Positions 28,431-38,785 of a stretch of 64,000 nucleotides of DNA are shown piece by piece (positions within the stretch are counted from its first letter, which is position 1; every line of letters starts with the position of its first letter). The notes below the pieces were generated by a model. That model saw nothing but the letters and a program-made list of their open reading frames with translations, had not been told where the DNA came from and did no database searches. The DNA comes from Abditibacterium sp. (GTDB lineage Bacteria; Armatimonadota; Abditibacteriia; Abditibacteriales; Abditibacteriaceae). Made by a program: the position numbers and the translations under genes. The DNA is taken from the NCBI GenBank assembly GCA_965246885.1, contig OZ251992.1, positions 2,752,001-2,816,000 on the forward strand, in the 5' to 3' direction.

Positions 28431-31400
28431 TTAGTTCTTTCCCTGCGCGCGCCGTTGGGCGCGGTTGAGGGATTCGCGGTTGATGGCGGCGGGGGCGTGG
28501 ACTTGGATGTTGCCTTCGCCGCTCCCGTCATCGGTGGTATCGAGTTGGACGCCGTCGTCTACGCCGTCGTCGTAGGGCAGCATTTGCAGGAGGCGGCCTT
28601 CTTCGAGTTCGGAGTAGTCCATCGTCGGGTCTTCGTTCTCGAAGTCGGGCAGGTCGTAGGCGAAGATGCGCTCGGTCACTTCGCGGCGGATTTCGCCGAG
28701 CATCTTCTGGAAGAGCGCGAAGCCCTCTTGCCGGTAGACGCCGATGGGTTCTTTTTGCGCGTAGCCCTGTTGCCAGATGGCGTCGCGCAAGTAGTCCATT
28801 TCGGCTAAATGTTCCGTCCAGTGTGAGTCAATGGACTTCATGACCTGCCAGCGTTCGAGGCCGCGCACTTGATCCGTCCCGACGGTGTTCTCGCGCTCCT
28901 CATACAGCTTCTCGACCGCTTCCGAAAGGGTGCGTCCGTCGGCCAAGATGAAGTCGTATTCCTCGGCGCCGATGGTGCCGCCCGCGCGCTCTTGCCATGT
29001 CGCGCCTTCGAGGTCGTCCTCTTTGAGTTGGGAGCGCACGGCGGTGAGGCCGAACAAGCGGCCCAAGCCGATCCACAGTTTGTGCGTGTCCCACTCGTCG
29101 GGGCGCACGTCGCGCGGGCAGTGCTTTTGGGCTTCGGCGAGCGCGGCTTTGCCAGCCATATCCAGAACCGTGTCGCGGATGTCCTCTCCCTGCAAAGCGC
29201 GGCGGCGTTCGCGGTAGATGACCTCGCGCTGCACGTTCATTACGTCGTCGTATTGAAGCGTCTGCTTGCGGCCCTCGAAGTGGTTTAGCTCGACCTTCTT
29301 TTGCGCGCGCGCAATGGACGCGGTAATCATCTTCGCTTCGACGGGTTCGTCCTCGTCCCAGCCGCCGAGCAAGAAGCCGCCGCGCGCGCCGAACAAGCGC
29401 CACAGTTCGTCATCGAGCGAGATGTAAAAGCGCGAAGTGCCCGGATCGCCTTGGCGTCCGGCGCGACCGCGCAACTGGTTGTCAATGCGGCGCGACTCGT
29501 GCCGCTCCGTGCCGATGATGTGCAAGCCGCCGTGCCCGGTCACTTCGTCGCGCTCCGATGTGTGCGCGATGTCTTCGGGGCGCGCTTCCGATTCGAGAAC
29601 GATGTCCGCGCTTTGCCCCGCGACGCCGGTTTCGATGCGCACGATACCCGACTCCTCGGCACTCGCCAAGGCCGTCGCGTCCGCTTCGGTTGGCGCGGCG
29701 GGCAAGGCGGGCGTTTCGCCTACCACGCTCGCCAGCCACTTCTCGTCGGTGAAGTGCGCCACCCAAGGCGCCACGTTTTGCAGAGCGCCAAAAACTTGCT
29801 CCGGCTCTGACCCAAACTCGCGCGCGGCGGATTGCACGACGGGTTTGATGGCGTCCAGCATGCGCGCGAGCGTGGTGCGATAAACGACAACATCTATCGG
29901 TTGCACCGATTCGACGCCATTCTCGTCTTGGACTTGCGCCATCATCTGCGCTTGGAAGGCGTCGTTTTCGCCGATGAGCGCGAGGTTGGTGAGTTCTCCG
30001 TGCAGCCACTGCGGTTCGAGGAACGGCTGTTGCCCCATCATCTGCGCCATTTCGCCCAGAAGGACGAGGTTGGGCATTTCGGCGGCGATGAACTCGCGGC
30101 GCCGTTCAGGCAAGGCCCAGCCCTTCACCTTCAGGCCGACCATCTTCGGGTTCAGACGCAGATGCACGTTCATCTGGTCTTGCAACGCCATCTGCATCTC
30201 TTCGGTTCCCTCGAACGGCGAAGCGTTGGCGACGACGCCCCACTCGCTCAGCCGCGCGCGGAGCCACGCGGCGCCGGGGAAGCTGGTGCCCTGCGCGGCG
30301 AGTTCTTCCTCCGACAGTTCGGGGTTGGCCTCGCGCAGTTGCTTCTGAAACAGTGCGCCCATTGCGCGCGCAATGGCCCACTCGTTGGTTTCGATGGTTT
30401 CTTTGTCGAGGTCGCCCAAGCGGTCGCGCGCCGCGTCGGAGTTGGGCACGTTCAGTTCGGTTAAACGTGCCGTCACCCACGCGGGCGTCACGACTTCCAG
30501 ATTGGCGGCGAGCGTGTCGGGCTTGAGGCCCGCGCCGGAGACAATCAGTTCAAGCAGTTGCTTGTCCAAGTCGGGCAGTTGCGGCAGCACTTCGAGCAAT
30601 CGCTCGCACGCTTGCGCCGAGAACGCGAGGGGTTGGGCGAGCGCCATCATGAGGGCCAACTGTTCGCCGGTGCGCCCCATGTCGTTGCCTTGCGAGTCGG
30701 CGGAGCCAAAATCTTGCGCGGGCAAGCCGTTTTGGATGTGCGCGGCGACTTCCATCTGGTCGTAATCGCGGCCCATCAGGGTGCCCAGTTGCTGCGTGAA
30801 CGCGGGCAGAATCTCGCCCGATGTCGGCGCGGCGTCAACGGGTAGCTTATCCAACAAGTTGAAGCGGCGCGCGCGCGAACGGACGCGGTTGGCAAAGTCC
30901 GGCGCCGTCAGATCGGAGCCAAGCGCGTCGCGGATTTCCTTGGCGGCTTGGCCCGTTAGAGCTTTGGCGCGCTCCATTTCGTCCACTTCGCGGCTCAAAG
31001 TCGTGGCCCATGCCAGCATTTGCAAGGCATCGGGCGAAAGGCGCGACACCATCTTTTGCGTCGCTTCGCCGTTGCGCGAGCGGACGTGAACGCCCTTGCC
31101 CTCGACTTGGCGGGCGAGGGTTTGCATCGTGATGACGCGCCAGCGCGACTCGCCATCGAGCGAGCCGCCGAGGATGATGTCCACGCCGCGTCCGGCCATG
31201 TTGGTGGCGATGGTAACGGCGCCGGGGCGCGCGGCTTCGGCGATGATGCGCGCCTCGTTGCGGTGGTTTTTGGCGTTGAGGACGTTGTGCGGCAGACCCT
31301 GCTTGAGCGCCGTCGTCAGCAGTTCGCGGTCGGGCGTGCCGAGCGTGAACGCCGCGAGCATAGCGTCGAGGTTCTCGCTCGCTGTCGGGTCGGGGTTGAG

Positions 31401-34400
31401 GCCCAACTGCTTCGCCAGTCCCTTGACTTGCACCGGGTTAATGCCCAGAATCGGCCCGCGCAAGAAGCCGATTAGCTGCGCTTTGTCCGCTTCGGGCACC
31501 GTCTTGTCGCCGTTGAGCCGCTCCTTGATGAGGTGCGACAGCACTAAGGTTTGCAGGCTCGCCGCGCTCAAACGCCGCGCCATCTGCTCGCTCATCTCAA
31601 CCGAGCGCGTGCCCACAAGGACGGGTTGCCCCGCGCAGTGATGCTCCAGCACGTCGAAGGTAATCGCGCGCCACTTCGCTTCCGCCGTCTTGTAAACCAC
31701 GTCGGGCGCGTCTTTGCGGCGGACTTGCTTGTTGGTCGGCACGGTCACGACTTCCATGCCGTAGGTCTTGGCGAACTCGGTTTCCTCGGTTTTGGCGGTT
31801 CCGGTCAGGCCAGAAATCTTGTTGTAAAGCCGGAAGTAGTTCTGAATCGTGATGGTCGCCACCGTTTGGGATTCGATTTGCACTTCGAGGTCGTGCTTGG
31901 CTTCGAGCGCCTCGTGCAAGCCTTCCGAAAAGCGGCGGCCCGGCATGGTGCGGCCCGTGAACTCGTCCACGATGACGATGCCCTGCTTGCCCGACTCCTC
32001 GCGCCCGATAACGTAGTTGACGTTGTACTCGAACAAGGCGTGCGCTTTGGTGGCTTGGTCGAGGACGGGGTTGACTTCCTGCAACTTGGCTTCGGCCAAG
32101 CGGCGGCGGCGTTCGGCGGGCAAGCGGAGCACGCGGTCAATGGTAGCCGTCAACGACTCGCCGCCCGCTTCGGCTTGCGCGCGTTGCGCCAAGACCGCTT
32201 CCTCTTCCGTCAGAATGTCGGCTTGCAGGAGGGTTTCGAGGAAGTTTTCCGGGTCGGAGAAGGCGGGGTTGGCCGCTTCGCGCTCGGCGACGAGCGTGCC
32301 CATGTCCGTCAGGGCAGCCGTGCGGCGCTTCTCGTCCTTTTCGGCGAGCCAGCCCAAGTTCTTGGCGACGCGCACCAGATACTGTTCGGGCGCCATCGTT
32401 CCCGGCGGCGTCGCCGATACACTCACCTGCGCCAAACGGCGCAGGGCGCGCGCTAACTGATCCGCCGATTTGCCGACGAACTCGGACGGCGGCAGATTCT
32501 TCGCCAAGTCCTTGGGCAGAATCAGGCGGCGCTTGATTTCTTCCGTAAAAGCGCGCGCGTTCTCCTCGGTCAGGAGCGGCTCCAAGTGCCGCGCGACGAC
32601 ATCCGCCGCCAACACGCCGAAAATGGCGTGGTCGAGGGCACCCGACAACGGCTGGGCCAGTAGTTCGCCAAGGGCATCGTGCGCGTCGCCGGAGATTTCC
32701 AGCGCCTTTTCGATTTGCGCGACCAGCCCCGCGTTCGACTCGCGCTTGAACTCGTTCCACGCCTTCCCGTAGTCGTCAATGGCCTTGGCGAGCGGGGCGA
32801 TGGCGGGAGACGTAGTTAACTGCGCGCCGACGAAAGTGTCCAAGCCGCTCGCGCCAAATTCGCCGTCCTCGACCGCGCGCTGAATGGCAGCGCGGGCCTC
32901 TTCAGGCAAGGGCACGAGGCCGTTTACTTTGTCGGCGAACGCGACCGATTGCTCCTGACGCCACGTTTGCAAGCGCGCGGCGCCGTCGGTTGCGATAGCG
33001 GACAGTTCGCCGCCATCTCCCGGCAAGTCGCGCACGACGGCGACCAAGCGGTCGGCAACGGCGTTCTGCCGTCCACCCTCGGCGAGTAAGGAAACGAAGA
33101 CTTTGTTCGCTTCGCGCGGCATTTCTTCGACCCACTGCGCCATTTCTTCGACCATGTGCGCGGCGATTTGCTCGTAAGTCTTACCCTGCTCGCGCTGAAG
33201 CGTCGCGGCGGCTTTGACGGCGAGCGCGAATTGGCCGGATTTGCCCAACTCCTTTTGCAAGGCGGCCTGCAACGTGGGCGCGTCCTCGCCTTGGAGGGCT
33301 AACTTGGCGACGACTTTATTGGGGCCGAGCGCACTTTCCAAGGTGCGGCTCTGCTCCGCCAAAAACGCAGTGCGGCTCGCGCTGTACTCTTTGGTCAGGG
33401 CAGAAATTTGCGTCGCCGCCTCGCCGCCTTGGGCCTCAATGGTCTTGACGACTTCGGCGCGCAATTGCTCACGGGAAAGCGGCAGTTTCGCGGTGTTCCA
33501 CAGCGTTTCTAACGACTCGAACGGCAAGAGCGCATTTTGCGTGAGCGTTTCCAACGCGGCGACCAGCTTACGGACGGAGGCGGCGTCTATACTCCCTCTC
33601 CCGCTCGCGGGAGAGGGGGACGGCGCGTTATCGCGCAGCACTTTGTCCGCCGCCGCGAGGTTGCCGCCTTGCTCCAAGCACGCGAGGACGAAGGCATCGT
33701 GTCCGCTTTGCAGGGCGCTCGCAACGGCTTCGACGGACTCGGAATCCACCAGTTCGCGGTTGCTCATCTCGTCGGCGATAAGGAGCGCGACGGTGCGGCC
33801 CTTGTCGTCGGAGTCAGAGATTTGCCCTTCCAAGTCAATAGCGGCGTCTTCGGGAAGCGTCAGGTCGTGCGCGAGGAGCGCGGCGTTGCTCCACTCGGAG
33901 TCTTGCGCGTTGAGCCACGCGGTCTCGAACGGCGCCAAGAGGCGCCCGATTTCTTCGCGCCACGCTTCGTGCAAGCGTCTGGCATCTACGGCTCCGAGGG
34001 CAAGCGCGTCCAAGTGGGCCTTGCCATCGGGGGAAATAAGTTTGTCGTTCGCCAGTTCGTCGCTCGCATCCAACAAGCGCGCGGCGTTGCTCAAACGGGC
34101 GCTTTCTTCCGATTGGAGATAGGCCGAGATGAGGTAGCCCATCGCTTGGGTGAAGGCGCCGCGCGCCAGAATCGCTTCGGTGAGGCCCGCGATGTCCACT
34201 TGCTTTTTGGTGGAGAAGCGCTCGATGAAGGTTTCGACTTCGCGGTCGGTGACGGCGGGCATGAGGACTTTCGCCACGCCGTCGCAGGTCTTGCTCATCC
34301 CTTGGCGGCGCAGGGCGCGGTCGGTTTTGGCGACTTGGGCGGAAATGATAAGCGGCGTGCGCGCTTCGTCAATGAGGATGTTGTCCACCTCGTCAATGAT

Positions 34401-35183
34401 GGCGAACGACAAAGGCTTTTGCACCATGTCGTCGGGCGAAGCGGCCATGTTGTCGCGCAAGTAATCGAAGCCAAATTCCGAGTTGGTGCCGTAGAGGATG
34501 TCGCAGGCGTAGCACTCTTGGCGCTCGGCGGCGTCCATATCGTTCTGCAAGAACGCGACACTCAGCCCCAGAAACTCATAAACGGGCCGCATCCAGTTGG
34601 CATCGCGCTCGGCGAGGTAGTCGTTGACCGTGACGACGTGAACGCCGCGCCCGGTCAGCGCGTTGAGATAGGCGGGAAGCGTGGCGACGAGCGTTTTGCC
34701 TTCGCCGGTGCGCATTTCGGCGATTTTGCCGCCGTGCAACACCATGCCGCCGATTAGCTGAACGTCGAAGTGGCGCAAGCCGATGGTGCGGTCGCCCGAT
34801 TCGCGGCACAGCGCGAAGGCTTCGGGAAGCAGCAGGTTCAGCACTTCCTTTTCGGCGGCGAGGCGGGCGCGCACGTACGCATCCGTCCACGAGAACTGGG
34901 TTTCCAGTTCCAGCCATTCCAAGCCCTGCTTTTGCAGGCGCTCGGTGACTTCGACGCCAAAGCGCTCGCGTAGCGCGAGGGAGCGGGCTTTGAGTTCTTC
35001 GTCGGACAGCGCCTTGATTTCGTCGGCGAGGGCGCCAATTTGCTCGACGATGGGGCGGAGTTTGGCGACCTCTTTCTCGTTTTTGTCGAAGAGTTTGGAA
35101 ACGACGCCTAAGACGCCCTCGGCTTCTTGGGACGAGCCGGAAATATCGGACTTAGAGCCGAACAGTTTTTGTAAGAGTGACAT
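28431..35183 (-). CDS. secA: Giant (2250 aa) preprotein translocase ATPase SecA with large insertions
   Basis: [120 protein letters not shown]. Confidence 0.95.
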   Translation of the reverse strand: MSLLQKLFGSKSDISGSSQEAEGVLGVVSKLFDKNEKEVAKLRPIVEQIGALADEIKALSDEELKARSLALRERFGVEVTERLQKQGLEWLELETQFSWTDAYVRARLAAEKEVLNLLLPEAFALCRESGDRTIGLRHFDVQLIGGMVLHGGKIAEMRTGEGKTLVATLPAYLNALTGRGVHVVTVNDYLAERDANWMRPVYEFLGLSVAFLQNDMDAAERQECYACDILYGTNSEFGFDYLRDNMAASPDDMVQKPLSFAIIDEVDNILIDEARTPLIISAQVAKTDRALRRQGMSKTCDGVAKVLMPAVTDREVETFIERFSTKKQVDIAGLTEAILARGAFTQAMGYLISAYLQSEESARLSNAARLLDASDELANDKLISPDGKAHLDALALGAVDARRLHEAWREEIGRLLAPFETAWLNAQDSEWSNAALLAHDLTLPEDAAIDLEGQISDSDDKGRTVALLIADEMSNRELVDSESVEAVASALQSGHDAFVLACLEQGGNLAAADKVLRDNAPSPSPASGRGSIDAASVRKLVAALETLTQNALLPFESLETLWNTAKLPLSREQLRAEVVKTIEAQGGEAATQISALTKEYSASRTAFLAEQSRTLESALGPNKVVAKLALQGEDAPTLQAALQKELGKSGQFALAVKAAATLQREQGKTYEQIAAHMVEEMAQWVEEMPREANKVFVSLLAEGGRQNAVADRLVAVVRDLPGDGGELSAIATDGAARLQTWRQEQSVAFADKVNGLVPLPEEARAAIQRAVEDGEFGASGLDTFVGAQLTTSPAIAPLAKAIDDYGKAWNEFKRESNAGLVAQIEKALEISGDAHDALGELLAQPLSGALDHAIFGVLAADVVARHLEPLLTEENARAFTEEIKRRLILPKDLAKNLPPSEFVGKSADQLARALRRLAQVSVSATPPGTMAPEQYLVRVAKNLGWLAEKDEKRRTAALTDMGTLVAEREAANPAFSDPENFLETLLQADILTEEEAVLAQRAQAEAGGESLTATIDRVLRLPAERRRRLAEAKLQEVNPVLDQATKAHALFEYNVNYVIGREESGKQGIVIVDEFTGRTMPGRRFSEGLHEALEAKHDLEVQIESQTVATITIQNYFRLYNKISGLTGTAKTEETEFAKTYGMEVVTVPTNKQVRRKDAPDVVYKTAEAKWRAITFDVLEHHCAGQPVLVGTRSVEMSEQMARRLSAASLQTLVLSHLIKERLNGDKTVPEADKAQLIGFLRGPILGINPVQVKGLAKQLGLNPDPTASENLDAMLAAFTLGTPDRELLTTALKQGLPHNVLNAKNHRNEARIIAEAARPGAVTIATNMAGRGVDIILGGSLDGESRWRVITMQTLARQVEGKGVHVRSRNGEATQKMVSRLSPDALQMLAWATTLSREVDEMERAKALTGQAAKEIRDALGSDLTAPDFANRVRSRARRFNLLDKLPVDAAPTSGEILPAFTQQLGTLMGRDYDQMEVAAHIQNGLPAQDFGSADSQGNDMGRTGEQLALMMALAQPLAFSAQACERLLEVLPQLPDLDKQLLELIVSGAGLKPDTLAANLEVVTPAWVTARLTELNVPNSDAARDRLGDLDKETIETNEWAIARAMGALFQKQLREANPELSEEELAAQGTSFPGAAWLRARLSEWGVVANASPFEGTEEMQMALQDQMNVHLRLNPKMVGLKVKGWALPERRREFIAAEMPNLVLLGEMAQMMGQQPFLEPQWLHGELTNLALIGENDAFQAQMMAQVQDENGVESVQPIDVVVYRTTLARMLDAIKPVVQSAAREFGSEPEQVFGALQNVAPWVAHFTDEKWLASVVGETPALPAAPTEADATALASAEESGIVRIETGVAGQSADIVLESEARPEDIAHTSERDEVTGHGGLHIIGTERHESRRIDNQLRGRAGRQGDPGTSRFYISLDDELWRLFGARGGFLLGGWDEDEPVEAKMITASIARAQKKVELNHFEGRKQTLQYDDVMNVQREVIYRERRRALQGEDIRDTVLDMAGKAALAEAQKHCPRDVRPDEWDTHKLWIGLGRLFGLTAVRSQLKEDDLEGATWQERAGGTIGAEEYDFILADGRTLSEAVEKLYEERENTVGTDQVRGLERWQVMKSIDSHWTEHLAEMDYLRDAIWQQGYAQKEPIGVYRQEGFALFQKMLGEIRREVTERIFAYDLPDFENEDPTMDYSELEEGRLLQMLPYDDGVDDGVQLDTTDDGSGEGNIQVHAPAAINRESLNRAQRRAQGKN

Positions 35184-35200
35184 GATGTAAGTGCAAACCA

Positions 35201-35286
35201 GAACACAGATAAACGCGGATGGGACACAGAGGAGCCGCAGATGAATAGTTGGATTTCATCTGCGTCAGTGGGCGTTTATCTGCGGT
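35201..35286. repeat. Imperfect palindrome between leader ORF and secA
   Basis: Outer arms aacacagataaacgc ... gcgtttatctgcggtt; inner arms cgcagatgaa ... ttcatctgcg. Confidence 0.75.
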
Positions 35287-35679
35287 TCAATTCAAACGAA
35301 CTTGGGTTTGCACGCCCGACAAGCGCGCGATGACCGTCGCGGACAACTCGTGTGTCCGACGCGCGCGAATGATTTGCGGGGTGGGAGGCGACGGGGAATC
35401 TGAAAACGCGCCCAGATGCGCCGTCGCCGTCGAAACCCAAAGCGGCGATGGGGAAGTGGTGGGGGGCGTTTCCGCGACTGTCGGGGAACCAAGGTGTGCC
35501 GTTTGCGGCGCGCTCGCTTCGGCGGAAAGGAGCAATAGCACCGACTCGACCGAGGGCGTTCCGGGCGCTGTTGCCCACTGCGCCACTGGCATCGCCCACA
35601 ACGCAAGCAACGCCGCGACGAAAAACAGCGAAGCGTCGGGGCGGCGGAGGCGGGCGAACTGGGCCAACAAGCGAAACAT
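35287..35679 (-). CDS. Putative secA leader protein (SecM-like architecture)
   Basis: Basic N-terminus plus hydrophobic signal/TM segment (SLFFVAALLALWAMPVAQWA), Pro/Ser/Thr-rich linker, co-oriented about 100 bp upstream of secA. Confidence 0.55.
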   Translation of the reverse strand: MFRLLAQFARLRRPDASLFFVAALLALWAMPVAQWATAPGTPSVESVLLLLSAEASAPQTAHLGSPTVAETPPTTSPSPLWVSTATAHLGAFSDSPSPPTPQIIRARRTHELSATVIARLSGVQTQVRLN

Positions 35680-35778
35680 CGGGCGGAGAACTGCCAAAGA
35701 TTTTAACAGCGATGCCCATAGACGACCGAACGGAGCGCGAGGTTTTGTGGAATTCCCCGGCGGGCGGCGGGCGAAGAA

Positions 35779-35850
35779 CGGGTTAATTCTTTCGTTCGCC
35801 CATGCGCGCTAGCCGCTCACCGGCCCCGGCGGACGGTCGGCGCGCATGGG
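35779..35850. repeat. Second copy of the element at 19124-19182
   Basis: cgggttaattctttcgttcgcccatgcgcgc (2 mismatches in 31 bp versus 19124-19154) and ccggcggacggt at the same +47 offset. Confidence 0.8.
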
Positions 35851-35935
35851 TGGGCGGGCGGCGCACATGCGCCAATCGCCCGCCGAGAGCGCTGACGCGA
35901 AGAACGGCATCCGTCCTTGCTAACCTTTCCGCGCT

Positions 35936-36742
35936 ATGAGCAATCCTTATCAATGGAACGAAAACGAAGTCAAACAATTGGGCACCGGCGTGTGGATGCG
36001 CGTCGCGGTAGACAACATCGCGTGGTATGACTTGGGGCGCGGCGCCGCCGTCATAGACGCGCTCGAAGAGGCCGACCAAGCCGACGTGGTGCGCGGCCTC
36101 ATCAGGCAGACGACCGGGCAAGACCTGAAATATGTCGTCACGACGCACTGGGACACCGACCACATCGCGTGCAATCCGCAGTGGCGGCGCGAGGGCGCCC
36201 CCGTTATTGCCCACCAAAGCTGCGCGGATTCGGCAGGCGATTGGGAAGGCAAACCCGACATCGTCTATCCCGACATCTTGACGCTACGCGGCGAAGAAGA
36301 CCGCGACATTCATATGCGCTGGGTCGGCGGAACGCACACGGAGTGGGACACCATCCTCTACTTCCCCGCCGCGCGCACCCTGCATATCGCCGACTTGTTC
36401 GGGTGGGGCCTGATTCCTTGTAAGCCGACCCCCGAAAAGATCGAGCGGCTGCGCGAAATCCTGCTCATCATCCAATCGTATGAGGCCGATCACGTCATTT
36501 GCGGGCACGGCCCCTCCACCGATTTGGCGTGCATTCTCCGCTTTCAATCGTATCTCGAACAGATGCTCGCGCAAGTCCCGCTTCTGATTAGCGCGGGCAA
36601 GACCGACGAGGAAATCGCCCAACTCGTTCCACCGCCCGCCGATATGAGCGAGTGGTTCCGCTTCGTCGCGTGGAAGCACGCCAAGAACATTGCGCTTATC
36701 CGCGAGCATTATCACGGCGCCGCGCTGCATTTGGGAACGTAA
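35936..36742 (+). CDS. MBL-fold metallo-hydrolase
   Basis: VVTTHWDTDHIACN, GGTHT..D, ADLF, VICGHG. Confidence 0.85.
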   Translation: MSNPYQWNENEVKQLGTGVWMRVAVDNIAWYDLGRGAAVIDALEEADQADVVRGLIRQTTGQDLKYVVTTHWDTDHIACNPQWRREGAPVIAHQSCADSAGDWEGKPDIVYPDILTLRGEEDRDIHMRWVGGTHTEWDTILYFPAARTLHIADLFGWGLIPCKPTPEKIERLREILLIIQSYEADHVICGHGPSTDLACILRFQSYLEQMLAQVPLLISAGKTDEEIAQLVPPPADMSEWFRFVAWKHAKNIALIREHYHGAALHLGT

Positions 36743-37999
36743 TCAGCCCTTCATCAGCGCGAGCGATGCGAACGAGACGACGATGTTTTGGTCGGGGTGG
36801 TAGGCTTGGTCGTAGTCTAAGAAGACGCCGCGCAGAGCGGGGAACGCGGCCATGAGGGTATACACGGCGGGGTGGGCGTCCACGTGGAAGCGGTTGAAGT
36901 CGCGGGCGAAGTGGGCGTGAAAGGCGGCGCGGTCACCGCGTTCGAGAGCGCCCATCCACTCGCGGTCAGCGTTTTGGATGTCTCCCAGAGTCTTGGCCGT
37001 GAGAGGCGTCGCATCGCCGAACTGCGTGCCGACGTGCGCGCCGTCCACCGACGCGATGAAGCCGACTTTCTTGCCTTGCCCTTCCCACTGCGCGACGGCG
37101 CCGCGCAAGGCGAGGACGAAGCGGGCGACTTCCGGCTCGGCCTCTTCGGGCGCGCGCTTCGTTTTCAGGGCATCCCAAAAGCCACCGACGGCAAAGGGAG
37201 CGATTTTGGCCGACGCCAACGAGGGGTGGAAGCCGAGCAGGACGGCGGCAAATTCAAGCGAGTGTTCGTCGCCATGCACCCAACTCTCCGCGAAGAGGTC
37301 GTCTTCGGGCGGGAGTTGTTCCGCAATGGCATGGAGGAAAGCGCGGTCGGTTTCGACAACGCCAAAGGGCGTCCCGAAGTCCTGCTTAGTGGCCGCGAAG
37401 GGGTAGGACACGCCTTTGTGGGCGATGCCCAAGACGACGAACAAATCGAAGGGTTTTCCGGTCGCTTCGACGTTCTTAACGAGGGGGATGTAGGACGCCG
37501 CTTCGGTGTGTCCGCCCCGGTGAAAGTCAATGTGGGGCGTGACGATGCCGACCACGCGCGACGCGTCGAGGGTGACGGCGGGCAAGCGTTTGGCGCCGTC
37601 GCGCAGTTTGTCGTTGAGGAAGGCGCGTAGTTCCCCGGCTTCGGCGGGATAGGAGCGTCCCGCGAAACGCGCGCGGCGCACGCCGCCTTCATCCTCGCCC
37701 TCCCCTGCCGCTTGGGAGCGAAAGCGCGGCGAGTCGAGAAACAGCAAAGTGTCGAGTTGTTCGACGAACGAATGGGCGAAGTCGCGCCCATCGTCAACGC
37801 CGCGCTCTCGCAGCCATCCGGCTAAGTCGCGGAGCGAGCGGGAGCCGTCGAGAAGCGCGAGAAAGGCGCCGTACTCCGGCTCCATCGCCACTTCCGGCGC
37901 AAAGCCGCGCGGGTCGGAGAGATGGAGCTTGGGGCCACCGTCGCCTGCGATGACCTCGGCGCGAAGCGCGCGCAGTTTGGGGCGGAAGTCGTCGTTCAT
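36743..37999 (-). CDS. MEMO1 family protein (AmmeMemoRadiSam protein B) with N-terminal extension
   Basis: RRARFAGRSYP, IVTPHIDFHRGG, VVLGIAH, TPFGVVETD, HGDEHSLEF, IASVDGAHVG. Confidence 0.85.
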   Translation of the reverse strand: MNDDFRPKLRALRAEVIAGDGGPKLHLSDPRGFAPEVAMEPEYGAFLALLDGSRSLRDLAGWLRERGVDDGRDFAHSFVEQLDTLLFLDSPRFRSQAAGEGEDEGGVRRARFAGRSYPAEAGELRAFLNDKLRDGAKRLPAVTLDASRVVGIVTPHIDFHRGGHTEAASYIPLVKNVEATGKPFDLFVVLGIAHKGVSYPFAATKQDFGTPFGVVETDRAFLHAIAEQLPPEDDLFAESWVHGDEHSLEFAAVLLGFHPSLASAKIAPFAVGGFWDALKTKRAPEEAEPEVARFVLALRGAVAQWEGQGKKVGFIASVDGAHVGTQFGDATPLTAKTLGDIQNADREWMGALERGDRAAFHAHFARDFNRFHVDAHPAVYTLMAAFPALRGVFLDYDQAYHPDQNIVVSFASLALMKG

Positions 38000-38062
38000 C
38001 TCTTGGAGAGCGTGGGCGACGGGCGTTGTATGAGTGATGCCCGTCGCTCACGCTCTGGGTTC

Positions 38063-38656
38063 TTATTCGCCGCGCTTTTCTTTGTGCAGGATGTGGTCAA
38101 CCATGCCGTAGGCTCTGGCTTGTTCGGCGCCCATCCACTTGTCGCGCTCGGAGTCGGCGAGCACGGTTTCAAGCGGCTGGCCGGTGTGCGAAGCGATGAT
38201 CTTGGCGAGGGTGTCCTTGAGGGTCAGCATCTCGCGCAGGGTGATTTCCGCGTCCGTCGCTTGGCCCTCGAAGCCGCCCGATGGCTGGTGAATCATCACG
38301 CGCGCGTTGGGCGTGATGTAGCGCTTGCCGGGAGCGCCCGCGCACAAAAGCAGCGCGCCATAGGACGCCGCCATGCCGGTGCAGATGGTGGCGATGGGGC
38401 ACCGCACGGTCTGCATCGTGTCGTAGATGGCGTTGCCCGCATACACGGAGCCGCCGGGCGAGTTGATGTAAATGTCTATCTCGCGTTCGGGGTCTTGCTT
38501 TTCAAGCCAGAGCAACTGCGCTTGAACGACGGTGGCGAGGGCGTCGGTCACTGGCTCGTGAATGAAGATGATGCGCTCTTCCAAAAGGCGCGAGAATAGG
38601 TCGTAGCCGCGCTCACCGCGCGCGGTCTGTTCGATGATGGATGGAACGAGTGGCAT
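38063..38656 (-). CDS. clpP: ATP-dependent Clp protease proteolytic subunit
   Basis: [45 protein letters not shown]. Confidence 0.97.
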   Translation of the reverse strand: MPLVPSIIEQTARGERGYDLFSRLLEERIIFIHEPVTDALATVVQAQLLWLEKQDPEREIDIYINSPGGSVYAGNAIYDTMQTVRCPIATICTGMAASYGALLLCAGAPGKRYITPNARVMIHQPSGGFEGQATDAEITLREMLTLKDTLAKIIASHTGQPLETVLADSERDKWMGAEQARAYGMVDHILHKEKRGE

Positions 38657-38785
38657 TGTGGTTAAACAAAACGCCGCGCTTGGTCGAACGACGGCGGGCG
38701 CGGCGGTTTATGCACTTCTGGACTATTAGGTTGGGGGCGCGGTTCCGGCTTCGGAGGAAGCGCCCCCGTTCGTCTTACTCGCGAC

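Noticed and set aside
28431..35183. Inteins as the cause of SecA length
   Set aside because: I saw no C/S-start...HN-C/S/T splice junctions or LAGLIDADG motifs at the insert boundaries; an HMM scan would be decisive.
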